A stretch of 40,922 bases of DNA from an uncultured Terracidiphilus sp. (GCA_964458965.1 CAYWMR010000001.1:1-40922); one strand, 5' to 3'. Numbered from the stretch's first letter, positions 1 through 9,406 are shown. Notes: generated from the letters alone by a model not told the origin. Made by a program: numbers and translations.

Positions 1-695
1 CGGTTGACCAGTTCGTGGGCAATTTCGTCGACGCTTTTGTTTTGCGAGGCGATGCCGGCAATCGTCTCCGCGCTCATTCCGTCATGCAGCCCGTCGGAGC
101 AGAGAACCAGTACGTCTCCTGCCAGCAGGGTCAGGGCGGTGGTGTCGGCGGCAACGAACATCTCCGGGCCGAGCGAGCGGATGAGCACATGGCGGGAATC
201 GGACTCAGCCATTTCGCTTGCCGAGATGATGCCCATCTTGCGCTGCTCGTTCACCCAGGTGTGGTCTTGCGTAATCTGTTTGGCGCGCCCGTTGCGGACG
301 AGATAGCACCGGGAGTCGCCCACGTGGGAGACGATGGCCTGATCGTGCCGCAAGGCACAGGCTACGATGGTGGTGGCCATTCGTTTGCCGCGGTATTCCG
401 GCGCCAGGGTACAGTCGTGGACCGCCGAGTTGGCATGCGAAATAAGGCGCGGCAACAGGCTGATGAGCATGGTGCCTGCCTGCGCCTTGGCAAACTCCTC
501 GGTCACTACCTTTATGGCAGTTGCCGATGCAACCTCGCCTAGGTCCATTCCGCCCACGCCATCGGCAACCGCGAACAGGTATCCGTGGGAACGGGCCTGC
601 TGGCGCGATTCGGGAATGAACGACCCCATCGCGTCCTCATTGTTGGTTCGAATCTTGCCGAAGTCGCTTGCCTGGCCGACTTGAATGTCGAGCAT
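1..695 (-). CDS. PP2C-family (Stp1/PrpC-like) Ser/Thr protein phosphatase, 3' end outside window
   Basis: Absent from the ORF track because it has no stop in the window. Manual translation from ATG 695: MLDIQVGQASDFGKIRTNNEDA...LFAVADGVGG...HVGDSRCY...TQDHTWV...RSLG...LCSDGL, the canonical PP2C motifs. Confidence 0.93.
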   Translation of the reverse strand, partial: MLDIQVGQASDFGKIRTNNEDAMGSFIPESRQQARSHGYLFAVADGVGGMDLGEVASATAIKVVTEEFAKAQAGTMLISLLPRLISHANSAVHDCTLAPEYRGKRMATTIVACALRHDQAIVSHVGDSRCYLVRNGRAKQITQDHTWVNEQRKMGIISASEMAESDSRHVLIRSLGPEMFVAADTTALTLLAGDVLVLCSDGLHDGMSAETIAGIASQNKSVDEIAHELVN

Positions 696-868
696 GGGCG
701 CCGCTGCCTGAGGAGATCCCCCGGATGATTTCGGGGAGGTTATTTCTGGAGATTGTCGAACATCCGGCACAAAGCGCGCCACGGAACAATTGGGTCAAGC
801 GAGGTGGCCGAGCTGTAGCCTCCACCCTGTGCGGTGGAAGCGAACTGCCTTTAGTAATGCAAACGGAA

Positions 869-886
869 CATAAATAACCTATGATG
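869..886 (-). promoter_or_regulatory. Candidate KdpE/OmpR-family binding site upstream of the PP2C gene
   Basis: The minus strand reads CATCATAGGTTATTTATG, 14/18 identical to CCTCACGGGTTCTTTATG at 25088-25105. It lies in the AT-rich divergent promoter region. Confidence 0.35.
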
Positions 887-1011
887 AAAACAAAAGTTTT
901 TGTTGTTAGCCGGATAAGCCGTCGCAGGCAAATTTTGCGGAGAACTCTACGATTTGAGCGCACGGGACCCGACTCGGTACCTGGTCCGCGCGGTGAGTCC
1001 CGCTGTCGCCT

Positions 1012-2577
1012 GTGGAATGCGGCGAAGAAATCCGCAATCCATTGGAAGAGGTGTGTGGCCGATTGTCTGGAAGCAGTTTGCCAGTGCGGATTGTCCTCGG
1101 CGCCAGGCGCGCGCGCGGCTCCGGAGCGCGATTGCTCCTGTTTACGCTGGAGTGTGCGCTGGGGATTGTGGGGGTGATTGTGGCGGCGGCCGTGGCTCAC
1201 TGGTCGGGCTGGCTGGTTCCCGTGGCGGTGCTGCTCTATCTGCTGATTGTGATTCCCATCGCCCTCTATTGCGGCTTCTGGCAGGCGCTGATCGTTTCGC
1301 TTTCGGCGGTTGTTGCGCACAGCATTTTGAACGCCGGAGAGCCGCACCTGCATGCCCTGGCAAACCCGGCAACGGACCCTGCCAACTCGGTAACGCTGCT
1401 GATCTTCGTGCTGGTGGCGCTGGTGGTGAGCCGGCTTTCCGCGCGGGTTACGGGACATGCCCGGGAGGCTGAGTCGTGGGGCAGCCAGATGCACGACCTT
1501 TATGAGTTGAGCCGGCGGACTCTGAAGATGAACCTGCACGAGGAGCCGGGGCCCCAGCTGGCTGAGCTGGTGCACGAGATATTCGAACTGGAGGCGGTGG
1601 CGGTTTTCGACGCCGACCTTCACGACGTGTACCAGGCCGGCTATTGGGCCGTCGATCCGCAGGAGATGGCGCAGAATGTTTACTACTTCGAAACCTCCGA
1701 CGACGACGCGGAAACCGGGCTGGGTCGGCGCGTGGTGAGGCTGGGAACAGTGCCCGTGGGCAGCCTGGTGGTGCGCGGCGACACCAGCCCGCTGACCAAC
1801 AATGCCATCGCCTCGCTGATTGCGATTACCTTCGACCGCTACCGGGCGTTCGCCAACGAGAGCCGCATTGAGACCGAACGCCGCACCGAGCAGCTTCGGG
1901 CCACGGTGCTTGACAGCCTGGCGCATGCATACAAAACGCCGCTAACGGCGATTCGCGCGGCCAGCACCGGGCTGGGGGAGATGGGGCACTTGTCGTCTGG
2001 ACAGTCGGAGCTGGTGGGGCTGATCGACGAACAGACCGGCCTGCTGAGCGACCTGACCACGCGGCTGCTGACTACAGCGCGCCTGGATGCGGGCGAAGTG
2101 GCGATTGTTGCCGAGCCGGTGAACGTGGGGGCCATGGTTGACGAGGTCATGGCCAGCCTGCGGGACCGGCTGGCGAGCATGAAGGTGTCGATCGAACTGC
2201 AGGATGAGAACATGATCCTGTGCTGCGATCGCCAGCTTATGGTTATGCTGTTGACGCAGTACATCGACAACGCATGCAAGTACTCGCTCTTCGGAACTAC
2301 CATCACCGTTCGTGTGGAGCTTTTGAACAAAGAAGTGATTTTTTCGGTCAACAGCTACGGTCCGGTGATTCCCATGGCCGACCGGGATCGAATATTCGAC
2401 CGGTATTATCGTTCTTCGAATTATTCCAACCGGGCGCCCGGCACGGGAATCGGACTTTCCGTTGCCAAGCGGGTGGCGTTGATTCACGGCGGTTATGTTT
2501 GGGTAACAAGCGATGAAATTGAGGGAACCACATTTTTTGCGGCCATTCCGGCTCAGGAACTCAAGAGGTGCTCATGA
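1012..2577 (+). CDS. KdpD-like membrane sensor histidine kinase (DUF4118 4TM, GAF-like, HisKA, HATPase), lacking the N-terminal KdpD/USP domains
   Basis: Four hydrophobic helices; LAHAYKTPLTAI H-box, DNACKYS N-box, IFDRYYR F-box, GTGIGLS G2 box. Coupled to a KdpE-like regulator. Start codon uncertain. Confidence 0.88.
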   Translation: MECGEEIRNPLEEVCGRLSGSSLPVRIVLGARRARGSGARLLLFTLECALGIVGVIVAAAVAHWSGWLVPVAVLLYLLIVIPIALYCGFWQALIVSLSAVVAHSILNAGEPHLHALANPATDPANSVTLLIFVLVALVVSRLSARVTGHAREAESWGSQMHDLYELSRRTLKMNLHEEPGPQLAELVHEIFELEAVAVFDADLHDVYQAGYWAVDPQEMAQNVYYFETSDDDAETGLGRRVVRLGTVPVGSLVVRGDTSPLTNNAIASLIAITFDRYRAFANESRIETERRTEQLRATVLDSLAHAYKTPLTAIRAASTGLGEMGHLSSGQSELVGLIDEQTGLLSDLTTRLLTTARLDAGEVAIVAEPVNVGAMVDEVMASLRDRLASMKVSIELQDENMILCCDRQLMVMLLTQYIDNACKYSLFGTTITVRVELLNKEVIFSVNSYGPVIPMADRDRIFDRYYRSSNYSNRAPGTGIGLSVAKRVALIHGGYVWVTSDEIEGTTFFAAIPAQELKRCS

Positions 2578-3347
2578 CGATACAGCCTGAAATTCGCATT
2601 CTCGTGGTCGACGACGAATCGGCCATACGAAGGGCCCTTCGGCCTCCGCTGGTTGAGCTTGGCTTTCAGGTTGGGGAAGCCTCACGGGGCGAGGAAGCGC
2701 TGCAAATGCTGCGCGCCGCGGTCTACGACGCGGTGCTGCTGGATGTGAATATGCCCGGCATTGGCGGCGTGGAGACGCTGCGCCGTATTCGCGCGTTTGC
2801 GCCTCGGCTGCCGATCCTGATGCTGACCGTGCGCGACCAGGAAGAGGAGAAAGTGGAGGCGCTCGACCTGGGCGCGGACGATTATGTCACCAAGCCCTTC
2901 AGCACCCGGGAACTGATCGCGCGCATTCGGGCTGCGGTCCGCCGCGTCAAGGCTCCGCTGCGCGCCGACGACGCACCGATCGAGATTGGGGAGATACGCC
3001 TGGAGCCGGTGCGGCGGCTGGTAACCAGGCGCGGTCAGGCGGTACACCTTACGCGCAAGGAATTTGACATTTTGCATTGCCTGATGAGCCGCGCAGGCCG
3101 GGTGGTGACCTACGCCAAGCTGCTCACGGCGGTATGGGGCGCGGAATGCCGCGAAGAGGTGGAGTACCTGCGCACCTTTGTTCGCCAGTTGCGCAAAAAA
3201 ATTGAGGACGATCCCTCCAATCCGCTCTATCTGCTCACGGATGTGTATGTGGGATATCGCTTTGCGGACGCCCAGATGTTCCAGGACGCAGCGGCGGCAG
3301 AGACCGTGGGCGCCGCCGCGGACGCGGAGCCTGAAGGCGCTTCATAA
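2574..3347 (+). CDS. kdpE: KdpE-like OmpR-family response regulator
   Basis: ILVVDDE, LLDVNMPG, GADDYVTKPF, and the wHTH YLRTFVRQLRKKIEDDPSNP...VGYRF. ATG 2574 overlaps the kinase stop (ATGA). Confidence 0.88.
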   Translation: MTIQPEIRILVVDDESAIRRALRPPLVELGFQVGEASRGEEALQMLRAAVYDAVLLDVNMPGIGGVETLRRIRAFAPRLPILMLTVRDQEEEKVEALDLGADDYVTKPFSTRELIARIRAAVRRVKAPLRADDAPIEIGEIRLEPVRRLVTRRGQAVHLTRKEFDILHCLMSRAGRVVTYAKLLTAVWGAECREEVEYLRTFVRQLRKKIEDDPSNPLYLLTDVYVGYRFADAQMFQDAAAAETVGAAADAEPEGAS

Positions 3348-3614
3348 GACTTTAGGAAGAAGTCCCCAGTTGTGTGCAACCGGATTTCGCCCGGGGCGGC
3401 GGCGTGTTTATGCATGTCGAAAGCGGGACGCCGGGTGTGAGAGCAAAGCCACCCGTTCGGCTCAGACCGAACCAGTAGTTCAATAACTTCTAATTACCCA
3501 AGCTCAATCCAGAGTAATGCCACAAAAACCTGTAAGTTACTTTTTGATCCCATTTGAATATGCACTTGCAACTGTCTTATTAGCATTCTCCAACTTATCG
3601 ATTCCTCTCTCGCC

Positions 3615-3636
3615 AGGCATTGGCTCTGCAAGTGCA
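3615..3636 (+). promoter_or_regulatory. Candidate sigma-54 (-24/-12) promoter of the PEP-CTERM gene
   Basis: TGGCTCTGCAAGTGCA (3621-3636) has GG-N10-GC spacing, and an overlapping alternative AGGCATTGGCTCTGCA also fits. An AT-rich tract lies upstream. PEP-CTERM genes are commonly sigma-54 dependent. Confidence 0.4.
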
Positions 3637-3754
3637 CTGTTATCGGCAATCAGCTACATAGTTGCCTCACGGACAGTTATGCGCGAGAGGAACTCGCTCG
3701 GCGGCGCGGATAACCTTTCCGATTTGCCACAGACTCATGGACGGAGTTGGAGAA

Positions 3755-4498
3755 ATGAAAGACACAACTGGAATGTACCTTTGCAAGCCTTGGAACAGCT
3801 CAGACAGACCGAACGCAAGGGAGCGCGGCAAACGGTTGAAGCGCTTTGGCGCCTGCGCGCTTTTTGCATGTTCCGCATTCGCGATTCTATTCAGCCCTCT
3901 TAAGGCTTCCGCGGACGCAGTTACTCTGACGTTCGAGAATGTAGGTCCTGCAAATGGAGCCGACGGGGATTACACCTATCCTTACAACTTCAGCGTGAAC
4001 GGGAACACCACTTATACCTCGCTGATGTGTCTCGATTTCGACGACACCGTATATATCGGCGAGAGTTGGACGGCGGATGTCTACTCGATCTCCGCGGCGG
4101 ACGCTTTGATTGGGAACAATGATTTTGCCGTGGCGGCGTGGCTTTTCAACAATGCCGAAACCGCGACTGCGGCAATCAGCAATGAGGATCAACTGGCCGC
4201 CTGGGGCTTGTTCTCCAGTGATGTTTCCGGCAGCAACAACGCCCAGTTGGCGGAAGCTGAGGCTGAGGCTGCTGTCGAGCCTGCAAGCGCCTACAGCAGA
4301 TTTGACATCCTGATTCCAGTGGCGGGGACGCAGTCGGAAGGGGGTCTGCCTCAGAACTTTATCGAAGACCCGACGCCGACGCCTGAGCCGAACAGCCTGG
4401 TATTGCTGGGGAGCGGCCTGCTGGGGTGCGCCGGCTTCGTCTACCGCAAGCGGCGCAAAGCCGCTCCGGGCACCCCTGGATGCGCTTCAGGCAGTTAG
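3755..4498 (+). CDS. PEP-CTERM exosortase-sorted surface protein
   Basis: Signal peptide ending ...LKASA-D; C-terminal PTPEPNSLVLLGSGLLGCAGFVYRKRRK; GGAG before ATG 3755. Confidence 0.9.
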   Translation: MKDTTGMYLCKPWNSSDRPNARERGKRLKRFGACALFACSAFAILFSPLKASADAVTLTFENVGPANGADGDYTYPYNFSVNGNTTYTSLMCLDFDDTVYIGESWTADVYSISAADALIGNNDFAVAAWLFNNAETATAAISNEDQLAAWGLFSSDVSGSNNAQLAEAEAEAAVEPASAYSRFDILIPVAGTQSEGGLPQNFIEDPTPTPEPNSLVLLGSGLLGCAGFVYRKRRKAAPGTPGCASGS

Positions 4499-4501
4499 TA
4501 C

Positions 4502-5050
4502 CTACTCGTCGTAATGAAGCAGGCTGAATACGTCGTATTCCGTAAACCGTTCGCGGCCCTTCAAGAAATCGAGTTCGATGGCAAAGGCCAGGCCGGCGAT
4601 CTCCCCGCCCAGTTGCTTGACCAGCTTTACGGTGGCCTCCATGGTGCCTCCGGTGGCCAGCAAGTCATCCACCAGCACCACGCGCTGGCCGGGCTGGATG
4701 GCGTCCAGGTGAATCTCCAGGCTGTCTGAGCCATACTCCAGGTCATAAGTGACGCGAGCCACGGGAGCGGGCAGCTTTCGCGGCTTGCGCACCGGAACAA
4801 ATCCTGCGTTAAGGCGGTAGGCCAGCGCCGGCCCGAATATGAATCCGCGGGCCTCAATGCCCAGCACCAGGTCGATTTTGTGGGGGATGTAGTGGGCCGC
4901 CAGAGCGTCGATCAGTTGCGCAAAGCCGGTCCTGTCCTTGAGCAGCGTGGTGATGTCGTAGAACAGGATCCCCGGCTTGGGGAAGTCGGGCACGGTGCGC
5001 ACCAGCGACTTGAGTGCTTCAATATTGACTGGCTTGCGATCTTCGGCCAT
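4502..5050 (-). CDS. apt: Adenine phosphoribosyltransferase
   Basis: [49 protein letters not shown] (PRPP-binding motif). Start placed at MAEDRK. Confidence 0.97.
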   Translation of the reverse strand: MAEDRKPVNIEALKSLVRTVPDFPKPGILFYDITTLLKDRTGFAQLIDALAAHYIPHKIDLVLGIEARGFIFGPALAYRLNAGFVPVRKPRKLPAPVARVTYDLEYGSDSLEIHLDAIQPGQRVVLVDDLLATGGTMEATVKLVKQLGGEIAGLAFAIELDFLKGRERFTEYDVFSLLHYDE

Positions 5051-5131
5051 GGGGCAGCTTGCTCCGTTGTCGTGCTTGGATTTGCGGGAAAAGAACAGGA
5101 GAAACCGGTTCTTCTTGCCCATTCGATTATA

Positions 5132-5294
5132 GAAGACAGGGATCAGGGAATAGGGATCAGGGAACAGCTTCTTCTCTGCTGACTTTCAGAGCAGCCTCCC
5201 ATTCGCAAGCCAAGCACCACAGTGTTACGTCAAATCTTCGGGTTCCGGATGAGATGAGCAGTTGACTGTTCCCTATTCCCTATTCCCTGTCTTT
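5132..5294. repeat. Inverted pair of heptamer tandem repeats (AGGGATC/AGGGAAT) enclosing about 100 bp
   Basis: Left arm GAAGACAGGGATCAGGGAATAGGGATCAGGGAACAG (5132-5167); right arm CTGTTCCCTATTCCCTATTCCCTGTC (5266-5291), its imperfect reverse complement. Confidence 0.75.
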
Positions 5295-5575
5295 TACCAG
5301 GCTCCCTCAATGCGGAACGAACTGAGGCCGGCGGCCTCGCTTTCGTCGAGATAGTGCTCGATGAGGCGGTCTACGCGGCTACCGCGCGGCCCCTGGCGAA
5401 GGCTGGCTCGTAGTTCGGCCAGGTCGGCCTCCTCTCCATGCGCCACCACCTCCACCTCGCCGTTCTCGGTGTTGCGCACCCAGCCGCGCAGGTCGAGTTC
5501 GCTGGCCTCGCGGTGTACGAACCAGCGAAAGCCAACCCCTTGAACGCGACCTTGAATCAGGAAATGGAGGACCAT
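5294..5575 (-). CDS. acyP: Acylphosphatase
   Basis: IQGRVQGVGFRW and GWVRNTENGEVEV signatures; 93 aa. Confidence 0.96.
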   Translation of the reverse strand: MVLHFLIQGRVQGVGFRWFVHREASELDLRGWVRNTENGEVEVVAHGEEADLAELRASLRQGPRGSRVDRLIEHYLDESEAAGLSSFRIEGAW

Positions 5576-5691
5576 GGTTGCCGACCAAGGTCAGTTTGGC
5601 ATTTTGGCTTGTGGACGCGCAAGCAAAGTTGCAACGCTGAACAAGGATACCGGTGCGCGGAACGCATCTGCCCGTTTATGATTGCCGAACG

Positions 5692-7731
5692 ATGCGTATA
5701 GGAATGCGGGCAAGAAGCGCGGCTCTGGTGATAGCCCTTCTGGGGACGCTTGCGCTTTGCGTGGCTGCCCAGCAAGCTCCGGCTGCATTGCCCCTGGTGG
5801 TGAGCGGGCTGGGCAAGGGAACGATTCCGCTCGACGGGCTATGGCAGTTCCATCTCGGCGATGACCAGTCCTGGGCGGCTCCCGGCTTTGACGACTCCCA
5901 TTGGGAGCAGATTGACGTAAGCCGGCCATGGGGCGACCAGGGCCACTGGGCGTATTCGGGCCACGCCTGGTACCGGCGTCATATCGAAATCAAAGATGAG
6001 CCCAACGGTGTTGTGGACGTTGCACTATACGTCCCTCTCGCTTCCTGCTCCTACGAGGTTTATTGGAATGGCCGGCTCATAGGCGGGACCGATCCCCTGC
6101 CTGGGCAATCTGCGGAAGCACAACCGCCAGCGGCAATCTTCCAACTGGGAAAGCCGGGGAGCGGTGTCCTTGCCTTCCGCGCGTATTCCCCGCCGCTGGA
6201 TACGGTTTCGCCTGGCGACGTAGCCGGCCTGACCGGCATGCCGCGGGTGGGAAGCTTCGAAGCGATCGGCAATCTTGCCCTCAGCGAGCGGGCAACGCAA
6301 GTGCGGAGCAGACTCCTTACTGTCGCGCAGACTCTGATCTACGGCCAGCTTTTCCTGATTGGAGCCGTGATCTGGCTCCGCAATCGCAATCAGAAGCTGC
6401 TGTTTTGGATGGTTGCGTTCCTCTTTTCCGCTGCCTCCTGGGCTTTCATGGACTCAGTGCTCTTCCCGTGGACGGAGACGAATATTTTGGCAGGCCTTAC
6501 GACGGGGGGCCCGCCTCACTCGGCCGAGGACATCGCAGTCTGGTACCTGTTGCTTTATCTCCTCGATCTTGATCGCTATCCCGTTCTTATGCGGTGGACG
6601 CGCATTCTGGCGTGGATCACGATGGTCTTCGCGATTCTCGACTGCGTTGTGTACTATATGCCGTCCATCGACACTCACGCGGTGCTTTTTCAAGTCCTGG
6701 ACTCCCTGTTTACCGTCGGCTTCTCGTTGCCAGAGATCTTTCCGCTGGTTCTCATCGCCCTGGCCTTCCGCAGGCACATGGACCCATCGCGCCGCCTGGT
6801 TGCCATTGCCGCATTCCTCTCCGACATGTACTTCGTCGTGGCGCACACCGCCGAGCAGGGCGAGCGATTCACCCGCTGGACGCTCAACGACACCATGACG
6901 CGGCCCCTCTCCACTGTGGATGGCGTCGATGTTTCCATGCAGGCCATCCTGTCTCTGCTGCTGGTGTGCGCCATTGTCTACGCCGTCTTTCGCTACGTAG
7001 TAGAACAGGGCCAGCGGCAGGCCGCGCTCCAACAGGAGTTCCAAAACGCGCGAGCTGTGCAGCAGGTGCTCATTCCTGAAGACATTCCAACGGTCCCCGG
7101 CTTCTCCATCGCCAGCATTTATAAGCCGGCAGGCGAGGTCGGCGGAGACTTTTTTCAAATTCTCGAAGCGCAGAGCTGCGGAATCCTGGCCGTAATCGGC
7201 GATGTGAGCGGCAAGGGGATGCCGGCGGCCATGACGGTCTCGCTGCTGGTTGGGACTGTCCGGACGCTGGCGCACTTCACGCAAAGCCCCGGCGCAATCC
7301 TTTCTGCTATGAATCAGCGCATGCTTGGCCGAAGCCAGGGCGGCTTTACCACCTGCCTGGTGATTCGCGCGGATGCCGACGGCGCGTTGACCGTAGCCAA
7401 CGCAGGGCACATTGCGCCGTACCTTGCGGGCAGGGAACTGCCGATTGAAAATGGCTTGCCGCTGGGCCTTGCCGCGGAGGCAGTCTACACAGAGTCCGTC
7501 TTCCAATTGACGCCGGGCGCACAACTCACGCTGCTTACCGACGGAGTGGTGGAGGCGCGCAACGGCGCTGGTGCGCTGTTTGGCTTTGATGCCACAGCGA
7601 TAATCAGCTCTGAGCCCGCGGAGACGATTGCGCGGGCGGCGCAGGAGTTTGGCCAGGACGACGACATTACTGTGCTGACTCTGACGCGTCTGGGAGTTGG
7701 TGAGGCATCGACGGTGCAGGACGCCGCCTGA
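5692..7731 (+). CDS. Membrane SpoIIE/RsbU-type PP2C phosphatase with extracytoplasmic sugar-binding-like domain and about 7 TM helices
   Basis: Signal peptide; LDGLWQFHLGDD...GFDDSHW...AWYRRH (GH2-N-like beta-sandwich); multiple TMs; EVGGDFF, IGDVSGKG, ANAGH, LTDGVVEA, QDDDIT. Confidence 0.9.
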   Translation: MRIGMRARSAALVIALLGTLALCVAAQQAPAALPLVVSGLGKGTIPLDGLWQFHLGDDQSWAAPGFDDSHWEQIDVSRPWGDQGHWAYSGHAWYRRHIEIKDEPNGVVDVALYVPLASCSYEVYWNGRLIGGTDPLPGQSAEAQPPAAIFQLGKPGSGVLAFRAYSPPLDTVSPGDVAGLTGMPRVGSFEAIGNLALSERATQVRSRLLTVAQTLIYGQLFLIGAVIWLRNRNQKLLFWMVAFLFSAASWAFMDSVLFPWTETNILAGLTTGGPPHSAEDIAVWYLLLYLLDLDRYPVLMRWTRILAWITMVFAILDCVVYYMPSIDTHAVLFQVLDSLFTVGFSLPEIFPLVLIALAFRRHMDPSRRLVAIAAFLSDMYFVVAHTAEQGERFTRWTLNDTMTRPLSTVDGVDVSMQAILSLLLVCAIVYAVFRYVVEQGQRQAALQQEFQNARAVQQVLIPEDIPTVPGFSIASIYKPAGEVGGDFFQILEAQSCGILAVIGDVSGKGMPAAMTVSLLVGTVRTLAHFTQSPGAILSAMNQRMLGRSQGGFTTCLVIRADADGALTVANAGHIAPYLAGRELPIENGLPLGLAAEAVYTESVFQLTPGAQLTLLTDGVVEARNGAGALFGFDATAIISSEPAETIARAAQEFGQDDDITVLTLTRLGVGEASTVQDAA

Positions 7732-7804
7732 ACAATCAGGCGCTTGCCATGTGAACTGTACATCGCTCCTGATGAATTCAGCGGCGTGTTTCAACGGCCT
7801 GCTT

Positions 7805-7867
7805 TGTGTCAGGGCACGACTTCAGTCGTGCCGCAAACGGCCTATAAAACGAGGGTTTTAACCCCTG
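7805..7867 (+). repeat. REP-like dispersed palindromic repeat, copy 1
   Basis: TGTGTCAG-GGCACGAC-TTCA-GTCGTGCC-GCAA...GGGTTTTAACCCCTG; near-identical copy at 26088-26150. Lies between convergent genes. Confidence 0.85.
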
Positions 7868-7910
7868 GGGGACGAACGTCCCGGTTGCCGTACCTATTTT
7901 GAAGCACGGC

Positions 7911-8480
7911 CTACGTCTTCCAAAATGGAGAAGGGCCGACCATTTCCATTTCGTATCGCGCCATGAACGACGCTGCGTATGCTGATTCTTTTGCAAGTTC
8001 GGCATCGTGGAAGTACTGCTCCATTTTACCGGCGGGACAGAACGCGATGAGCATGTGGCCGGGCGTTGCGCCAACAGAAGAAAATGTGTGCGGCACGCGG
8101 CGAGGAGCCAACACAGACTCGCCCGCGTGGAGTTGCAGCCTCTGGTCACCTACCTGGAAAGCCACCTCGCCTTCCATTACATAGAACCACTCCTCCTGAT
8201 TCAGGTGCAGATGCAGGGCAGGTCCGCCCGGCAGCAGGTGCTTGTGCTCGATGACAAAGAGGCCGCCGGAGGTTTCGCTGCTGGGCACTTTGAAAAGAAT
8301 GGTGCTGAACCCCAACGTGTGGGGATGCCCGAAGCGGTCCTCGCCGGCTCCAACTACATGAAGCGGCGTCGGCAGCGGCGATTGAGGGGTTTGGGAACGC
8401 GCGTGAGCGACGAGGAAACTCTGCAGTCCGACGGCTGGCGCCACCGCTGCCACTGACTTGAGAAACGAACGGCGTTGCAT
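7911..8480 (-). CDS. Tat-exported cupin-domain protein (quercetin dioxygenase-like)
   Basis: MQRRSFLK twin-arginine signal; cupin motifs HLHLNQEEWFYVMEG and PRRVPHTF. Confidence 0.85.
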   Translation of the reverse strand: MQRRSFLKSVAAVAPAVGLQSFLVAHARSQTPQSPLPTPLHVVGAGEDRFGHPHTLGFSTILFKVPSSETSGGLFVIEHKHLLPGGPALHLHLNQEEWFYVMEGEVAFQVGDQRLQLHAGESVLAPRRVPHTFSSVGATPGHMLIAFCPAGKMEQYFHDAELAKESAYAASFMARYEMEMVGPSPFWKT

Positions 8481-8599
8481 TGCGCCTCCTTGACGGACAA
8501 GTGTGTTGGGGAAACATCGAAAAGCATAGCGGACGGGGAAGCGGCGAGCAAGCCGGCTTATTCTGGGCGGCTGGCGATTCTTTCGTGGATTGGCTTGCG

Positions 8600-9406
8600 T
8601 TACTGGGGTCGCTCCACGGCAGGCGGCTTGCGGTGATCAATCACTTCAAAGCCGTCGGGCAGTTCGAAGAGCCTGGGATCCGGCTCGGAGAGCAGCACGT
8701 CGGTGAGCGTGAACACCTGTTTGCCCACAGACGGATTTGCCACCTCAGAGTAAAGGTTGACGCCTATCTGCGGCGACTGCCAGAACTCGCGCCAGACGGA
8801 AAACGGCTGGTCGCTGCCCATCACGCCCGCGTTGTAATCCACGGTGTCGCGGGTTCCAACGGTTTCAATGCCTTCAATCAGGCGCTTGCCCAGATCCTCA
8901 TGGATGCGGGTTCCCTGGTCGTTAGCCAGCGGACCACTGGCCATGACGAGTGGCTTGTACGAGGTGAGGGGGAGCTCCGCATATTTCTCAAGTTCGCAGC
9001 GACGTGGGGTTCGCAGCGTGAAGCAGTTATAGAGCGTGCGGGCCACGGGATCGGCAATCTGGATCACGTTCATGCGCGACTGGTCTTCGCTGCCCTTTGG
9101 CGCAAGCAGCCAGCGCTGCTCGTAGATGCGGCCGCGGCCGTCGCGAGCAACCATGCGCTGGTTCACAAAGGTATAGGTCCCGCCGTTGGCCATGGGCCGC
9201 GTCCACTCCGTGTGAACAATGGCGGTGAAGGGCGCATTGAGCAGCGGGGGAATGTAGATGCTTTGCAGCACCTCGTTGACGCCGCCGTCCTCTATGTACA
9301 TCTTCGTGGGAGTGTTGCGGTCGGGCGTTCGCTGGGGCTGGGCTGTCTGCGCGCTTGCCGCAGCCGCGAAACACGCGATGAGAAGAAGGTTGGCAATTCG
9401 TTTCAT
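8600..9406 (-). CDS. Secreted hypothetical protein
   Basis: Signal peptide MKRIANLLLIACFAAAASA-Q; GGAGG RBS; APFTA...VARDGRGRIY...EPDPRLFELP pattern recalled from Acidobacterial periplasmic proteins. Confidence 0.8.
   Translation of the reverse strand: MKRIANLLLIACFAAAASAQTAQPQRTPDRNTPTKMYIEDGGVNEVLQSIYIPPLLNAPFTAIVHTEWTRPMANGGTYTFVNQRMVARDGRGRIYEQRWLLAPKGSEDQSRMNVIQIADPVARTLYNCFTLRTPRRCELEKYAELPLTSYKPLVMASGPLANDQGTRIHEDLGKRLIEGIETVGTRDTVDYNAGVMGSDQPFSVWREFWQSPQIGVNLYSEVANPSVGKQVFTLTDVLLSEPDPRLFELPDGFEVIDHRKPPAVERPQ

Noticed and set aside
4-684. Plus-strand ORFs 4..306, 15..542 and 367..684
   Set aside because: They are antisense shadows of the minus-strand PP2C gene, which has all canonical motifs.
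696-860. Possible c-di-AMP (ydaO) riboswitch in the leader near kdp-like genes
   Set aside because: Small hairpins exist, but the conserved ydaO sequence blocks were not found on either strand.
637-1926. 429-aa minus-strand ORF
   Set aside because: It is antisense to the sensor kinase with no recognisable motifs, typical of high-GC shadow ORFs.
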